Notes under the pieces: generated by a model
Databases searched by the model: none
The model's input: only the letters and a program-made list of their open reading frames with translations
What the model was told of the DNA's origin: nothing
DNA from: an uncultured Spirochaetota bacterium
GTDB taxonomy: Bacteria > Spirochaetota > Spirochaetia > SZUA-6 > Fen-1364
NCBI GenBank assembly: GCA_963768665.1
Contig: CAVYIU010000009.1
Coordinates: 434,821 to 498,820, forward strand
Direction of reading: 5' to 3'
DNA: 64,000 nucleotides
In this document: piece after piece, positions 43,917 through 54,683 of the stretch
Numbering within the stretch: the stretch's first letter is position 1
How the letters are laid out: each line of letters begins with the position of its first letter
Position numbers and translations under genes: made by a program

Positions 43917-44258
43917 ATCAAAAGAGAACCAGATCCAGGTGAGAAAGTAAAATCCCCGGGCGTTCCCTTGGGGTCGCCACGGGCATCTACGCCCTACGCG
44001 CTCCTAGCGCAGACCCTGATCGTAAGCCTTGTCCTTGCTCGCTGGGCTCTCCCGGCTATGGGCGTTCATCGAAGTATCTACTTCATAGCGCATCTTATAG
44101 GCGTCGCCTTTCCTACCGTCACGAGCTTTGTGGGGCACGAGTATATCACTTTTGGACGCTATTCTGTCGACGCTCTGGTTGGAGGTTTTTTGAAAGCTTT
44201 TGGAAAATCACGGCAGGGTGGACATTCGTAGGTGCCGCGAGCCATCGACCACGAGGGT

Positions 44259-44800
44259 CTACAGAAAATCATGCAAATAGGACAAGGTCGCTGATTTTTT
44301 CCTCATGTCCGTTGCCCCGGGACGAACGAAAACCCGAGCGCCCTTGACCTCATCTGAGTATTGGCCGAACGAAAGGGGGCTTCTGCAGGGTTGAAATTTA
44401 TAGTACGCTGATATTGAATGATCAAGATTGGTAAGGCGACGATTGCGCTCGCTCTCCTCGAAGTTTTGGCTCCGTCTTTCGGACATGATGGCTTGGGCAT
44501 TGCTTTCGCTCGGGCGGATCTTTCGGACCTCTTGAGCGATTCGCTTGCACAGCCCTCGCAGGCCAAGTTGCCTGATCGTGGAGGACCTCCGGATTCCTCT
44601 CGCTCCGTTATGGCTGCCCCAGCGGTCCGGCCATTCGATGTTGTGGTGAGCAACCATCCAATTGTGCCCAGGGCATCTAGCGCAGAATTTTGGAGCGGCC
44701 CAGACCCAAGAGACTATGTTCAGCGTCTCCGCATGCGCTGGAGAATACGTGCTGGTATCGGCGCTCGTCCATGCTCTGCAAGCCGTGTCCAATCTGACTG
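44259..44800 (-). CDS. HNH endonuclease-like protein (start uncertain)
   Basis: FCARCPGHNWMVAHHNIEWPDRWG fits CxxC...HH.I.P...G. It partly overlaps the N-terminus of a plus-strand ORF, so one of the two is mis-delimited. Confidence 0.35.
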
Positions 44801-46215
44801 TCACTTCCTCTAGCTTGGTGTCTTCGGCGGGAATCGTGATTCCCGCCTCAAGTGTGGATGTGAAGGTCCTAAAATCATGGTTCCAGGGGAACCCCAGTAG
44901 CGTCGCCGCAACAGCCCAAAAATACCTCGTCCCGGAACTCTTGCTCAAGGATGACAATCTGGTGAAAGTAGATATAGGCTCGCAAACGAATTACCTGCGA
45001 AGCACAGGAGTCGACGGTTCAGAGACTTACCTGATCTGCAGCAATCCGGATAGTTCCAATCTATCCGGCGTTCGTCCCCGTGATGCGAAAAGTCTTCAGC
45101 CTGTGGATCTGGTCGCGGGGGATATTCGAGAGTTCTGGATCACCATTCACGTCGCTGATACGGCACCTCCGGGAGCCTTTAGTGGATCGCTCCTGTTCAG
45201 TTCATCTCAGGGAGCAATCACCCTTCCGATTCATTTGATCGTTCGCCCCTTCGTTTTGCTTCCGCCGCGACTTATATACTCGCTGTACTATCGCGGCACA
45301 TTGACGGCTGACGGGGCACCTACAATCAGCAGCGAGGGCAAATCCGAAGAACAGTATCGGGCCGAGATGGAAGACCTTAAGGCCCACGGTGTTCCTTTCC
45401 CGACCAACTATCAAGGTCACGACGAGAGAATCCTGCGCCGCATGCTGCAGATCCGCAGGGAGGTCGGCCTGCCGACAGACCGTTCCTTCAACCTCGGGTA
45501 CGGCCTTGGACCCCAGGTGACAAGTGATATTCCAGCGCTCCAGGGCGAGGTGAAGTGGTGGCTTCAATTCCTCAAGCCCTTTGGCTATACAAGTATCTAC
45601 TTCTATGGGAAAGACGAAGCTTCGGGGCCAGCCTTACGCCTCGAGCTGCCCTTCTGGCAGGCATGCCGAAAAAGTCGGCGGCAAGACTTTTGTAGCCTGC
45701 TATGCAGGAGCATTCGAGACAGTCGGCAACGCGCTTGATCTTGCGGTCCTTGCCAGCCCGCCGGATCCAATGAAGCAAAAAAATGGCATTCCGTCGGTTC
45801 GCTGGTATTCTGCTATGCCAACCCGCAGGTGGGGCTGGAAAATCCGGCCATTTATCGCCGCAACTACGGGCTTGTTCTTCTGAAAGCAGGGTTCGATGGC
45901 GAGATGGATTATGCCTACCAGCACGGTTTTCACCAGATCTGGGATGATTTCGACGACCCGACCTACCGTGATCATGTCTTTGCGTATCCAACGATAAATG
46001 GTGTGGTGGATACAATCGAGTGGGAAGGATTTCGTGAGGGAGTAGACGATGTGCGATACGCAGCAACCCTCGAAACGGCGATCGCCCATGCGCCTGAAAG
46101 CAAGAAAGCAATCGTTGTTCAAGCTCGTTCATGGCAGGAGCACCTTGACCCAGAGACGGCCGACCTAGATGCTGTGCGCGAAAAGATGGCAGAGTGGATC
46201 GAGAAGCTCCAGTAG
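44731..46215 (+). CDS. hypothetical protein (possible glycoside-hydrolase-like fold); frameshift near 45700-45830
   Basis: ORFs 44662..45738 and 45829..46215 read as one protein (FGYTSIYFYGKDEASGPALRLELPFWQA ... GFDGEMDYAYQHGF...). The N-terminal boundary is uncertain. Confidence 0.4.
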
Positions 46216-46564
46216 GCATTGTCCGTGGCACCCGCGATGCCGATGACGATAGGTCTGATCAGAGAAAGGACGAAGAAGCGGTAACTCGATGCATCGCGAT
46301 TGCGGAAACTTACCCGCCCGCCCGTGAAAGTCCGGCCTTGGCGAATGCCAGTTTCCTTTGAGAGCCGCCACCGACACGCAGGGGTTCGTCGATCAGACTG
46401 GCGTAACCCTGGACCGACGTCAACGGGCCTTGAATCCGGGACCGTTTGGAACCTGTCCATTTAGAAAGGAGCGGCGACGCGGGGCATGGAGCGGGCGGCA
46501 GCGGTTGAAAAGGCGCTGCTCCTCCGGCCGTCGTGGACGAGCGCTTGCGCAAGGAGTGAAGAAC

Positions 46565-47448
46565 GTGAAAGGTATTATACTCGCTGGTGGATCAGGAACA
46601 CGGCTCTATCCTGCGACAAAGACGGTCTGCAAACAGCTTTTGCCCGTCTACGACAAGCCCATGGTCTACTACCCCTTAGCAACGCTGATGTTGGCCGGTA
46701 TTCGGGAGATCCTTATCATTTCCACGCCGTCAGACCTGCCGCATTTTCGTGAGCTTTTCGGCACGGGGGAGCAACTGGGCCTATCGTTCACTTACATTGT
46801 TCAAGACAGCCCTCGCGGGCTTGCAGACGCCTTCCGCGTCGGTGCTCCGTTTATCGACACCGACGGCGTCTGTCTGGTTCTGGGTGACAACATTTTCTAC
46901 GGGCACGGTCTCTCGGAGATGCTTCGTGATGCCTCCCTGCGCAAACAAGGGGCAACTGTCTTTGGCTACTACGTTAATGACCCGGACCGCTATGGTGTTG
47001 TGGAGTTCGACTCCGCGCATAAGGTTCTTTCGATCGAAGAAAAGCCGGTCAAGCCGAAATCGAACTACGCTGTTGTCGGTCTCTATTTCTACGACAACGA
47101 TGTGGTAAGGATCGCTCGCGACCTGAAGCCTTCCGCTCGTGGAGAGCTGGAGATTACCGACGTCAACCGGGTGTACCTGGCGAAGGGCGCACTGCAGTGT
47201 AATCTCATGGGACGCGGGTACGCCTGGCTGGACACGGGAACGCACGCGTCTCTCGTTGACGCTACACTCTTCATCAAAACGATCGAGGACCGGGAGGACT
47301 GAAGATCGCTTGCATCGAAGAAATCGCCTTTCAAATGGGCTATATAGATGCCCATCACCTGAAGGCTCTTGCGGAACCTCTGCGCAAGTCAGGCTACGGC
47401 GAGTACCTGCTGCGGGTACTTGACCAGTCAAAAGCTGCGGGCGCTTGA
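46565..47448 (+). CDS. rfbA: glucose-1-phosphate thymidylyltransferase; 1-nt deletion near 47293
   Basis: GTG start. [17 protein letters not shown]; colinear with RmlA. The premature stop after ...TIEDRED is bypassed in the adjacent frame ([17 protein letters not shown]...). Confidence 0.8.
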
Positions 47449-47451
47449 GCG

Positions 47452-48015
47452 ATGCCCTTTTCTTTCGAGCACCTGGATATTCCGGGCCTCGTTGTGATCC
47501 AGCCGAAGGTATTTCCTGACGGCCGGGGATTCTTCATGGAGTCCTACAAGGCCAGCGAGTTTGCGCGGGCGGGTATCCCGGCGCAATTTGTTCAGGACAA
47601 TCATTCCTCTTCCGTGAGAGGCGTGCTGCGAGGCCTTCACTACCAGCTTCCCCCATTCGCACAAGGCAAGTTGGTGCGGGTGCTCGAAGGGAGAGTCTGG
47701 GACGTTGCGGTGGATATCCGGACCAACTCTCCGACGAAAGGAAAGTGGTTTGGAACTGAGCTTTCTGCTGACGATCGTCGCATGCTTTACATTCCAGAAG
47801 GATTTGCGCACGGGTTCGTAACGTTGAGCGATCGCGCCCAGTTCTTCTACAAGTGCACTGCCGAGTACAACAAGGAGTGCGAAGCGGGAATCCGCTGGGA
47901 CGATCCCAAGCTCGGCATCCGCTGGCCTATCTCGGAGGTGACAGTGTCGGAAAAGGATCGGGCGCTTCCGCTTTTGCGCGACGCCGTTTCTTTTCCAGAA
48001 GCGGGGTTGTCATGA
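47452..48015 (+). CDS. rfbC: dTDP-4-dehydrorhamnose 3,5-epimerase
   Basis: 187 aa. PDGRGFFMESYK and VLRGLHYQ are RmlC motifs. Confidence 0.85.
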   Translation: MPFSFEHLDIPGLVVIQPKVFPDGRGFFMESYKASEFARAGIPAQFVQDNHSSSVRGVLRGLHYQLPPFAQGKLVRVLEGRVWDVAVDIRTNSPTKGKWFGTELSADDRRMLYIPEGFAHGFVTLSDRAQFFYKCTAEYNKECEAGIRWDDPKLGIRWPISEVTVSEKDRALPLLRDAVSFPEAGLS

Positions 48016-48887
48016 TCTGGGTGACGGGTGCAGGGGGAATGCTAGGGCACGAGGTGACCAGCGCACTCGACCGTCTCGGTCGTGAGCACGTCGACACGGA
48101 TATGGACTGCGACATCACGGACGCCGCCGAAGTTGAGCGCTTCGCGGCACATCACCCGATCCAGTGGATTGTGAACTGCTCGGCGTACACCGCGGTTGAC
48201 GCGGCGGAAGATGAGGAAGAGAAAGCGGAGGCCGTGAACGCAAAGGGTCCGGAAAACCTCGGAGCGGCTGCCGCGCGACTGAGCGCGAAGGTTCTCCATA
48301 TCTCGACGGACTACGTATTCGATGGAGAGGCGTCGGCGCCTTACGTGGAGTCACAGCCTACGGCACCGCGGAGCGCCTATGGAAGGACGAAGGCAAAGGG
48401 GGAGGCGAGCCTCGCGGCCGCGAATCGTCGCTCTTTCATTGTGCGGACGGCCTGGCTGTACGGCGTCCATGGAAAGAATTTCGTGGCCACGATGCTCCGC
48501 CTGATGCGAGAAAGGGATGAAGTCTCGGTGGTTGACGATCAGCGCGGGACGCCGACCTATGCAGTCGATCTCGCCTCGGCCATAGGCGCCATCATCCAGA
48601 CAAACTCCGAAGACTATGGCTTCTACCACTTCACGAACGAGGGAGAGACGACCTGGTACCAATTCGCCTGTGCGATCCAGGAGATGGGTCTCCGACTTGG
48701 GCTGCTGAAGAAGCAGTGCAAAGTGCTGCCAACCACCACTGAACGCTATCCCACAAAAGCAGTGCGGCCGAAGTATTCAGTCCTCTCGAAGAGCAAGATA
48801 ATCGGCACATTTGGGCTTGCCATCCCAAGCTGGCAGAATGGCCTTGAGCGGTGCATAAAGGAACTGGTGGAGGAGGCGCGGTCGTGA
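48012..48887 (+). CDS. rfbD: dTDP-4-dehydrorhamnose reductase
   Basis: [12 protein letters not shown] Rossmann motif; colinear with RmlD. ATGA overlap with rfbC. Confidence 0.85.
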   Translation: MIWVTGAGGMLGHEVTSALDRLGREHVDTDMDCDITDAAEVERFAAHHPIQWIVNCSAYTAVDAAEDEEEKAEAVNAKGPENLGAAAARLSAKVLHISTDYVFDGEASAPYVESQPTAPRSAYGRTKAKGEASLAAANRRSFIVRTAWLYGVHGKNFVATMLRLMRERDEVSVVDDQRGTPTYAVDLASAIGAIIQTNSEDYGFYHFTNEGETTWYQFACAIQEMGLRLGLLKKQCKVLPTTTERYPTKAVRPKYSVLSKSKIIGTFGLAIPSWQNGLERCIKELVEEARS

Positions 48888-49920
48888 GCGTGAACCGATC
48901 GTTTCGCACGATTCTTGTAACGGGCGGAGCGGGATTCATCGGGACCAACTTCATCCGCTATCTGTTCCGGCAGCCGACGTTCATCGGGAGGGTTGTCAAC
49001 CTCGATAAGCTCACCTATGCCGGGAATCCGTCGAGTCTCAAGGACATCGCATCAGATAAGGGTGACCGCTACCGCCTGGAGCGGGGCGACATTTGCGATC
49101 CCTCGCTCGTGGAATCGCTTTTCGAGCGGTATCAGTTTGACGCGGTGGCGCACTTTGCCGCAGAAAGCCACGTTGACCGCTCGATCCTTGGTCCGCGGGA
49201 GTTTGTGAATACGAATGTGCTCGGAACGTTCACGCTCCTCGAGGCAGCGCGCGCCCAGTGGAAGGAGCGACGCGACGTGCTCTTCCACCACGTGAGCACC
49301 GATGAGGTCTACGGCTCCCTCGGCGCGGAAGGGCTTTTCGTCGAAAACACGCCCTATTCCCCTCGGAGCCCCTATTCTGCCTCAAAGGCCGCTTCCGACC
49401 ACCTTGTCCGCGCGCTTTTCCACACGTATGGCCTGCCGGTGACCATCTCCAACTGCTCCAACAACTACGGTCCATACCAGTTTCCAGAAAAGCTCATTCC
49501 CCTGATGATCCTCAATATGCTCGAAGGAAAAGCCCTCCCGATCTACGGGGAGGGAAAGAACGTGCGGGATTGGCTCCACGTCGAGGATCATTGCTCCGCA
49601 ATCTGGACGATCATGTCACGCGCGACGGCCGGGAAACCTATAACGTGGGCGGTGAGACGGAGAAGCGCAACGTCGACATCGTTCAGCGCCTCTGCGAGAT
49701 TGTTGCCGAGGAAACCGGCGTGCCAACGGCGAAGTATACGCAACTTATGCGCTTTGTCGCCGACCGGCCTGGACACGATCAGCGCTACGCCATCGACTGT
49801 TCGAAGCTGAAACGTGAGCTCGGCTGGAGCCAGTCTCGCGGATTCGATGACGGCCTCCGCCACACCGTCCGCTGGTACCTCGATAATCAGGACTGGGTGA
49901 ACAGCGTCCAGGACGGGTGA
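48884..49920 (+). CDS. rfbB: dTDP-glucose 4,6-dehydratase; frameshift near 49590-49620
   Basis: [14 protein letters not shown] and the YSASKAASD catalytic YxxxK. The C-terminus continues in ORF 49570..49920. GTGA overlap with rfbD. Confidence 0.8.
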
Positions 49921-49980
49921 ATACCGAAAGTGGATCGAAGCAAACTACGCAGCCGCCGGGCGTACGTGAGTCCGACCGAG

Positions 49981-52590
49981 CTATCGGCCCGGACTGCGTA
50001 TCCCCTCCATCCGCCTCAGGAGGCCGCCCTTCCCCGGATCCTTGGCCCCTGACCGCTCCGTCCCCATCCCCACGAACAGCACCCCCGCCACCGCGTAAAG
50101 CACCGCCACCCCCCAAACGTCCCCCGTAAATCCCGCCGACGTCGAAATCACCCTCGCAAGCACTGCACCGGACACGGACAAGGCCCCGTTCACGCCCCAG
50201 GCCCACGGGACGAGCGCCCCGGCGCGCCCAGACAGCTGCGAAAGGCCCGTGGGGAACGGAATGCCCAGGCACAACCCGAGCGGAGCTACCAGGACGACGC
50301 GTCATCGCGGCACGCAGGGCGAGGGGCAGGCCGAGTGTCGTGCGGAGCAGCGGGGACAGGCCGAACAGGAAGAATGCTGAGTAGACAACGATGCCGCCAA
50401 CCGCGGCCAGGACCACGACGCGTGGCCTCGCGTGGCGCCTCCCCGCGAGGAGACTGCCTGTTCCAGAGGCTACAAGCAGGACGGTTATAATGATCGTATT
50501 TGCATATGCGGGGTCAGCGAGGTAGAAGACGAAGCGCTGGATCAGGCTGATCTCGGCCAGCATGTAGCCCAGGCCCAGGCACGCGAAGTAGGCGAGGATC
50601 CGGCCCACACGACCACCCGCGGTCAGCAGCTGCCTCGGGCGGGTGAGAAGCGGAAGGAGGATGACTACGGCCCCGAAGATGATGGCCTGCAGGAGGGTTC
50701 CAAGGAGAAGGAGATAGCCCCATTCCTCGGGGAACTCCCCGGCTCGGGAAAGCATCTGAGGCACCGTGCGAGGCTTGAGATAGCCCGAGTAGTACGGCCG
50801 GTCGTCTGTAGCAGGCCGAATGTCGAAGATGTACCTGGCGTACAAGTTGGCGTCTTGACCACTTTCCAGGGCGCCCATAATGCCGCGGTAGAGGTCGGCA
50901 GGGCGCAGCGCGGGGCCCGCGTCAGCCGCCGCGGCTTCCTGGGCAGAAGTGACGCCCGTGCCATATGCCTGCTGGTAGCCCTTTAGCATGTCGTCCAGGG
51001 AAACGCCAGCGGCAGGGATACCCGGGTACCAGTCGATGTCAAAAGACATTCGCTGGCTGAACCGGTTCAGCGCGGCAATCTCGCGTGCCGTGAAGTCGCC
51101 GTTCTTCACGAGCACCGTGGCCGTCGAGAGCAGGAGGCTGAACGCGTACATGCTCTTCCCGGGTCGCGGACTCCCTGTGCGCGCAGGGATTGGACGATCG
51201 TCGTCAGGAGCTTCGGCACGTTGCGCGGCGGGCTGAGCCGGTCCCACACCGTGATGGAAAGGATCCCGCCGGGCGCAAGGCATCGGACGTAGTCGCTTAT
51301 CGCTTCCGACGTATATGTATAATTCTCGTCCACCGAGTATCCGCCCGCCTGCGAAAGCCCTACCGAATCGATCAATCCAATCTCCACGAGGTCGAACCGC
51401 TCAGAGGTCGAGCCTGCGTACGCCCGCACCTCGGAGCGCACCGTTTTCACTCGGGCGTCTGCAAGAAGGTCACCCGTGTAGGACCTGACATAGGCGTTCC
51501 CTTGCAGAAGGCCCAGCACGTCGCCGTTTGACTCGACGACGGTGACGGAGCGGGCAGAGTGGTGCAGCGCGGTGTGGACGCCGGCGCCGCCGCCGAGCTT
51601 CAGGATCAGAACGCGCGGCTTGGAAAGGAGCTGGTAAGGCGCGGACATCGGGAGGTAGTCGATGTACGCCTCCTCGGAGGCATCGAGCTTCCGCATGATT
51701 CCCACGGGCCCGTTGCCATCGACGAACATTCCCAGGAAGGCATTCTGAGGCATCTTTGACAGGGATGCGGCGGCGTTGTCGCTTAGTCCCGGGGCGAAGT
51801 GGAAATAGGAGCTGGCAAAGACGTGGGTCTCCCCCAGCGGGCTGAACGCGGAGGCTACCTGAGACGCATCAGGGTATGCCCGCGCGTAGCTCTCGGACTT
51901 GAAGTCGGATACCTGCACGGCGCCGAAACGCGCCAGGAGGACAAGGCTTGCGGCAAGTGCGACGAGGCACGCCGTCAGCTCCGGAATGCGCAGGTGATAG
52001 CGGCCGCGCTGGACGTTCCACTGCATGCAGCAGAGGAGCGAAGGGAGCCCCGCGATCCCCACAATCGGAAAGATGAGGAACGCCGGCGGGAACAGGAACA
52101 TGAAGCCCAGGATGATCAGGCCGCCCAGGCCGGAGCCCAGCATGTTCCAGAAATAGATGCCGTGCGCGTGGCTGGCAAAGAGAGTGAACATCGTTCCGAT
52201 GAAGACGCCGGCGAAAAAGAACGGGAGGCCATAGAGGGCGTAGTACGCGGCAATCCACCACAGCTGCGACGGGTCCGAGGCAATGAGCACGGGGTTGAAG
52301 GGCACCCGCTGCGCAAGGGTGTGGGCGAGTGCCACGGATGGCGCCAGGGCGAACGCCGACGCCAGCGTCCAGGCATCCGGCCGCGCCCGGACGCTTCGAT
52401 CCACCAGCGTCAGGAGCGTCCCGGCGAGGCCGAAGCCGAGCAGCGCGATGCTGATGACCATGGAGCCAAAATTGGACCAGCTGGCAACGGAAAAGACCCG
52501 CATGACCTCGATTTCAAAGGCGAGGATGGTGAGCGACACCAGGAGCAGCGCGGCGACACGTGTGTCGGCGAGCTTCATGGGCCGCAGCAC
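49981..52590 (-). CDS. polytopic membrane protein with spermidine/spermine-synthase-like domain; at least 2 frameshifts
   Basis: N-terminal part has about 8 TM helices (ORF 51106..52590). It is followed by an aminopropyltransferase-like Rossmann region (VLILKLGGGAGV, FDLVEIGLIDSVG). Coding continues in ORFs 49745..51283 and 49981..50274. Confidence 0.55.
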
Positions 52591-53861
52591 TACTGGGTGG
52601 CTCCCGTAGTTCCCGCAGCCGGGAGGGTTGTGGGGCTGGCTCCCGTCGCCTCCGTTGATCCCGGCACCGCACCGCTGTGGACCCCGCCGCGACTGGTAAA
52701 CGGAACGAAGATCTCCTTCCGCTTGCCCTTGAAGATGTCCTCCCGGTCAAGCGTGACTGTCCCGTCAGGCGCTACGTGCTTGGTGATCTTGAGGATGGTC
52801 TGCCCGGAAGGTGGACCCACCGGGATGACCATGATCCCATCCGGGGCGAGCTGCTTCAGGAGCTCGGGTGGGACGTGGTCGATGCCGCAGGTGACGATGA
52901 TGCGGTCGAAAGGCGCATGCTCGGCCCAGCCGAAGTAGCCGTCGTCGATCTTGCGGTCGATGTTGCCGAACTCGGGGTAGGCGGCTTCGTGCTTGCGGTA
53001 GATGGCGTCGGTCTCCAGCGCAAGCGGGCGCACGATCTCCACCGTGTAGACGTGGCGGCACAGCTCCGAGAGGAACGCGGACTGGTAGCCCGATCCCGTC
53101 CCGATCTCCAGGACCTTCTGGTCGGGCTGCGGGTTGAGGTTGTCGGTCATGCGGCCGACCATGAGCGGGCCCGAGATCGTCTGCCCATAGCCGATCGGAA
53201 GCACCGCGTTCTCGTATGCGCGGCGGGTATCGCGGGCGAAGAACTCCCGGGGGGCCCTCAGGAACGCCTTGAGGATGCGCGAATGGGTGATGGCGCCGGT
53301 GGAAAGCTCCACGAGCGCCAGGTCCCACTTCTGGGCTAGGAACTTCTCCTTCTGGTCCGTATGGGCCAGCATCCATGCCACGAACGCGGCCTTGCTCGTT
53401 GTTGGAGGAGCCTCGCTCCGGGCGGCGATGTTGTAGGACTGCGGACCGTCGTTCAGGATGATCGTCCCCGACTCGCCGATGGGGAAATCCAGCCCCAGGA
53501 CGGCCGACTGGTCGGCACCCGGCTTCTGGGAAACGGCCGCGGGCGCCGCGGGAACCGCCTGCACAGCGGGGGTCGTTGTCACATCGGCAGGAGATCCCTG
53601 TACGAGCGCGGAGGAAACCCCGGGATCGACGATGAGAAGCAGGGCGATGAGAACGACGAGCCCGCCTGCTCCGGCCACGGCCGCGGCCAGGAACCTGCGT
53701 TTCCGGGGCCTGCGGGCGACAGCAGCGACCACGGGGGTCGACACGGCAAGTTGTGCGACGGCTGACGGCGCGTGCCCCGCCTTCTCGTCCTTGTATCCGC
53801 ACACAGGGCAGACGCTGCCCTCTGGCAGATCAAAGCCGCATTCGGGACATGGGTTGCTCAC
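52590..53861 (-). CDS. protein-L-isoaspartate O-methyltransferase (Pcm) domain protein with N-terminal zinc ribbon and TM segment
   Basis: N-terminal CPECGFDLPEGSVCPVCGY, a TM helix, then the Pcm-type SAM-binding motif VLEIGTGSGYQSAFLSEL. It overlaps the downstream gene by 1 nt. Confidence 0.65.
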   Translation of the reverse strand: MSNPCPECGFDLPEGSVCPVCGYKDEKAGHAPSAVAQLAVSTPVVAAVARRPRKRRFLAAAVAGAGGLVVLIALLLIVDPGVSSALVQGSPADVTTTPAVQAVPAAPAAVSQKPGADQSAVLGLDFPIGESGTIILNDGPQSYNIAARSEAPPTTSKAAFVAWMLAHTDQKEKFLAQKWDLALVELSTGAITHSRILKAFLRAPREFFARDTRRAYENAVLPIGYGQTISGPLMVGRMTDNLNPQPDQKVLEIGTGSGYQSAFLSELCRHVYTVEIVRPLALETDAIYRKHEAAYPEFGNIDRKIDDGYFGWAEHAPFDRIIVTCGIDHVPPELLKQLAPDGIMVIPVGPPSGQTILKITKHVAPDGTVTLDREDIFKGKRKEIFVPFTSRGGVHSGAVPGSTEATGASPTTLPAAGTTGATQ

Positions 53862-53909
53862 GCGCTCACCGACTCCTTCAACATCACCTGCATTCTTATC
53901 GACCAGCCG

Positions 53910-54308
53910 TCACGCGGAATCGAGCGGTATGGAGATGACGGCGGGAATCCTTTGAAAACGCTCGTCCAATGAAAGCATGCGCGCGCCGGTGTCTATGGCA
54001 ACGGACGCGATCCAGACGTCGTTGGTGGGAAGCGGGGTTCCGAGCTTCCGGAGGGTCGTCATCAGCGTTCCGTACCGCTCGGCAACCCGATCGGAGACGG
54101 GCACGATAGATACGCCGGGGAGGTGCAGAAAGCTCCCGAGCTCCTTGAGATTCGCACCTTCGCGGCTGCCGCTCGCGAACCCTGCGTACAGTTCGCCGAG
54201 GACGATTGTCGGGACCACGACTTCGTCAGCCGCCTCAAGGAGAGCCTGGATCTGCGGATGCCCGCGCTTGAACGCCGCGTACGCGCTGGTATCCAGGCAG
54301 AGCGTCAT
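53910..54308 (-). CDS. vapC: type II toxin, PIN-domain ribonuclease VapC (pair 1)
   Basis: MTLCLDTSAYAAF with a PIN acidic-residue pattern. ATGA overlap with the upstream antitoxin. Confidence 0.7.
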   Translation of the reverse strand: MTLCLDTSAYAAFKRGHPQIQALLEAADEVVVPTIVLGELYAGFASGSREGANLKELGSFLHLPGVSIVPVSDRVAERYGTLMTTLRKLGTPLPTNDVWIASVAIDTGARMLSLDERFQRIPAVISIPLDSA

Positions 54309-54559
54309 GATTGCCAGTTCTCCGCATCGATGGCGTCAAACAGTGAGGTCGCTTCGCGAAACGCGGCCAGCTCGGCTTCGTTCCACGTCCCCGCAAGCGC
54401 AGCGAGGTCGCGCTTTTTCTCCTGGTCGGGGCTCATTCCCAGGCCCTTTTCCAGCAGGCTGATGATCACCCTGTTGAGACTGGATCCCCGGCGCTTGGCC
54501 TCTTTGCGGATCTCTTTCTCAACGGGTTCTGGAAGGTCCCGAAGCGTTATTTGACTCAT
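54305..54559 (-). CDS. type II antitoxin (ribbon-helix-helix, VapB/FitA-like) (pair 1)
   Basis: MSQITLRDLPEPVEKEIRKEAKRRGSSLNRVIISLL. RBS GGAGG lies 6 nt upstream of this ATG. The ORF track extends it to a TTG at 54592. Confidence 0.65.
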   Translation of the reverse strand: MSQITLRDLPEPVEKEIRKEAKRRGSSLNRVIISLLEKGLGMSPDQEKKRDLAALAGTWNEAELAAFREATSLFDAIDAENWQS

Positions 54560-54683
54560 GATCTGCCTCCATGCATGCATGATCTGAGTCAATTTATATC
54601 TGCTTCTGATTCGCCTGTCAACTCATATATTCCATCCAGCAGTGACATTGATGTCAATCAGGCGGCGATGCATATTTATAGGC
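54560..54683. promoter_or_regulatory. divergent intergenic region between two VapBC pairs, with palindromes TGACATTGATGTCA and CATGCATGCATG
   Basis: The palindromes lie between divergent antitoxin starts. Type II antitoxins autoregulate at such operators. Confidence 0.45.

Noticed and set aside
51799-52938. 379-aa plus-strand ORF
   Set aside because: Antisense to the membrane spermidine-synthase-like and Pcm genes. Highly charged low-complexity translation.
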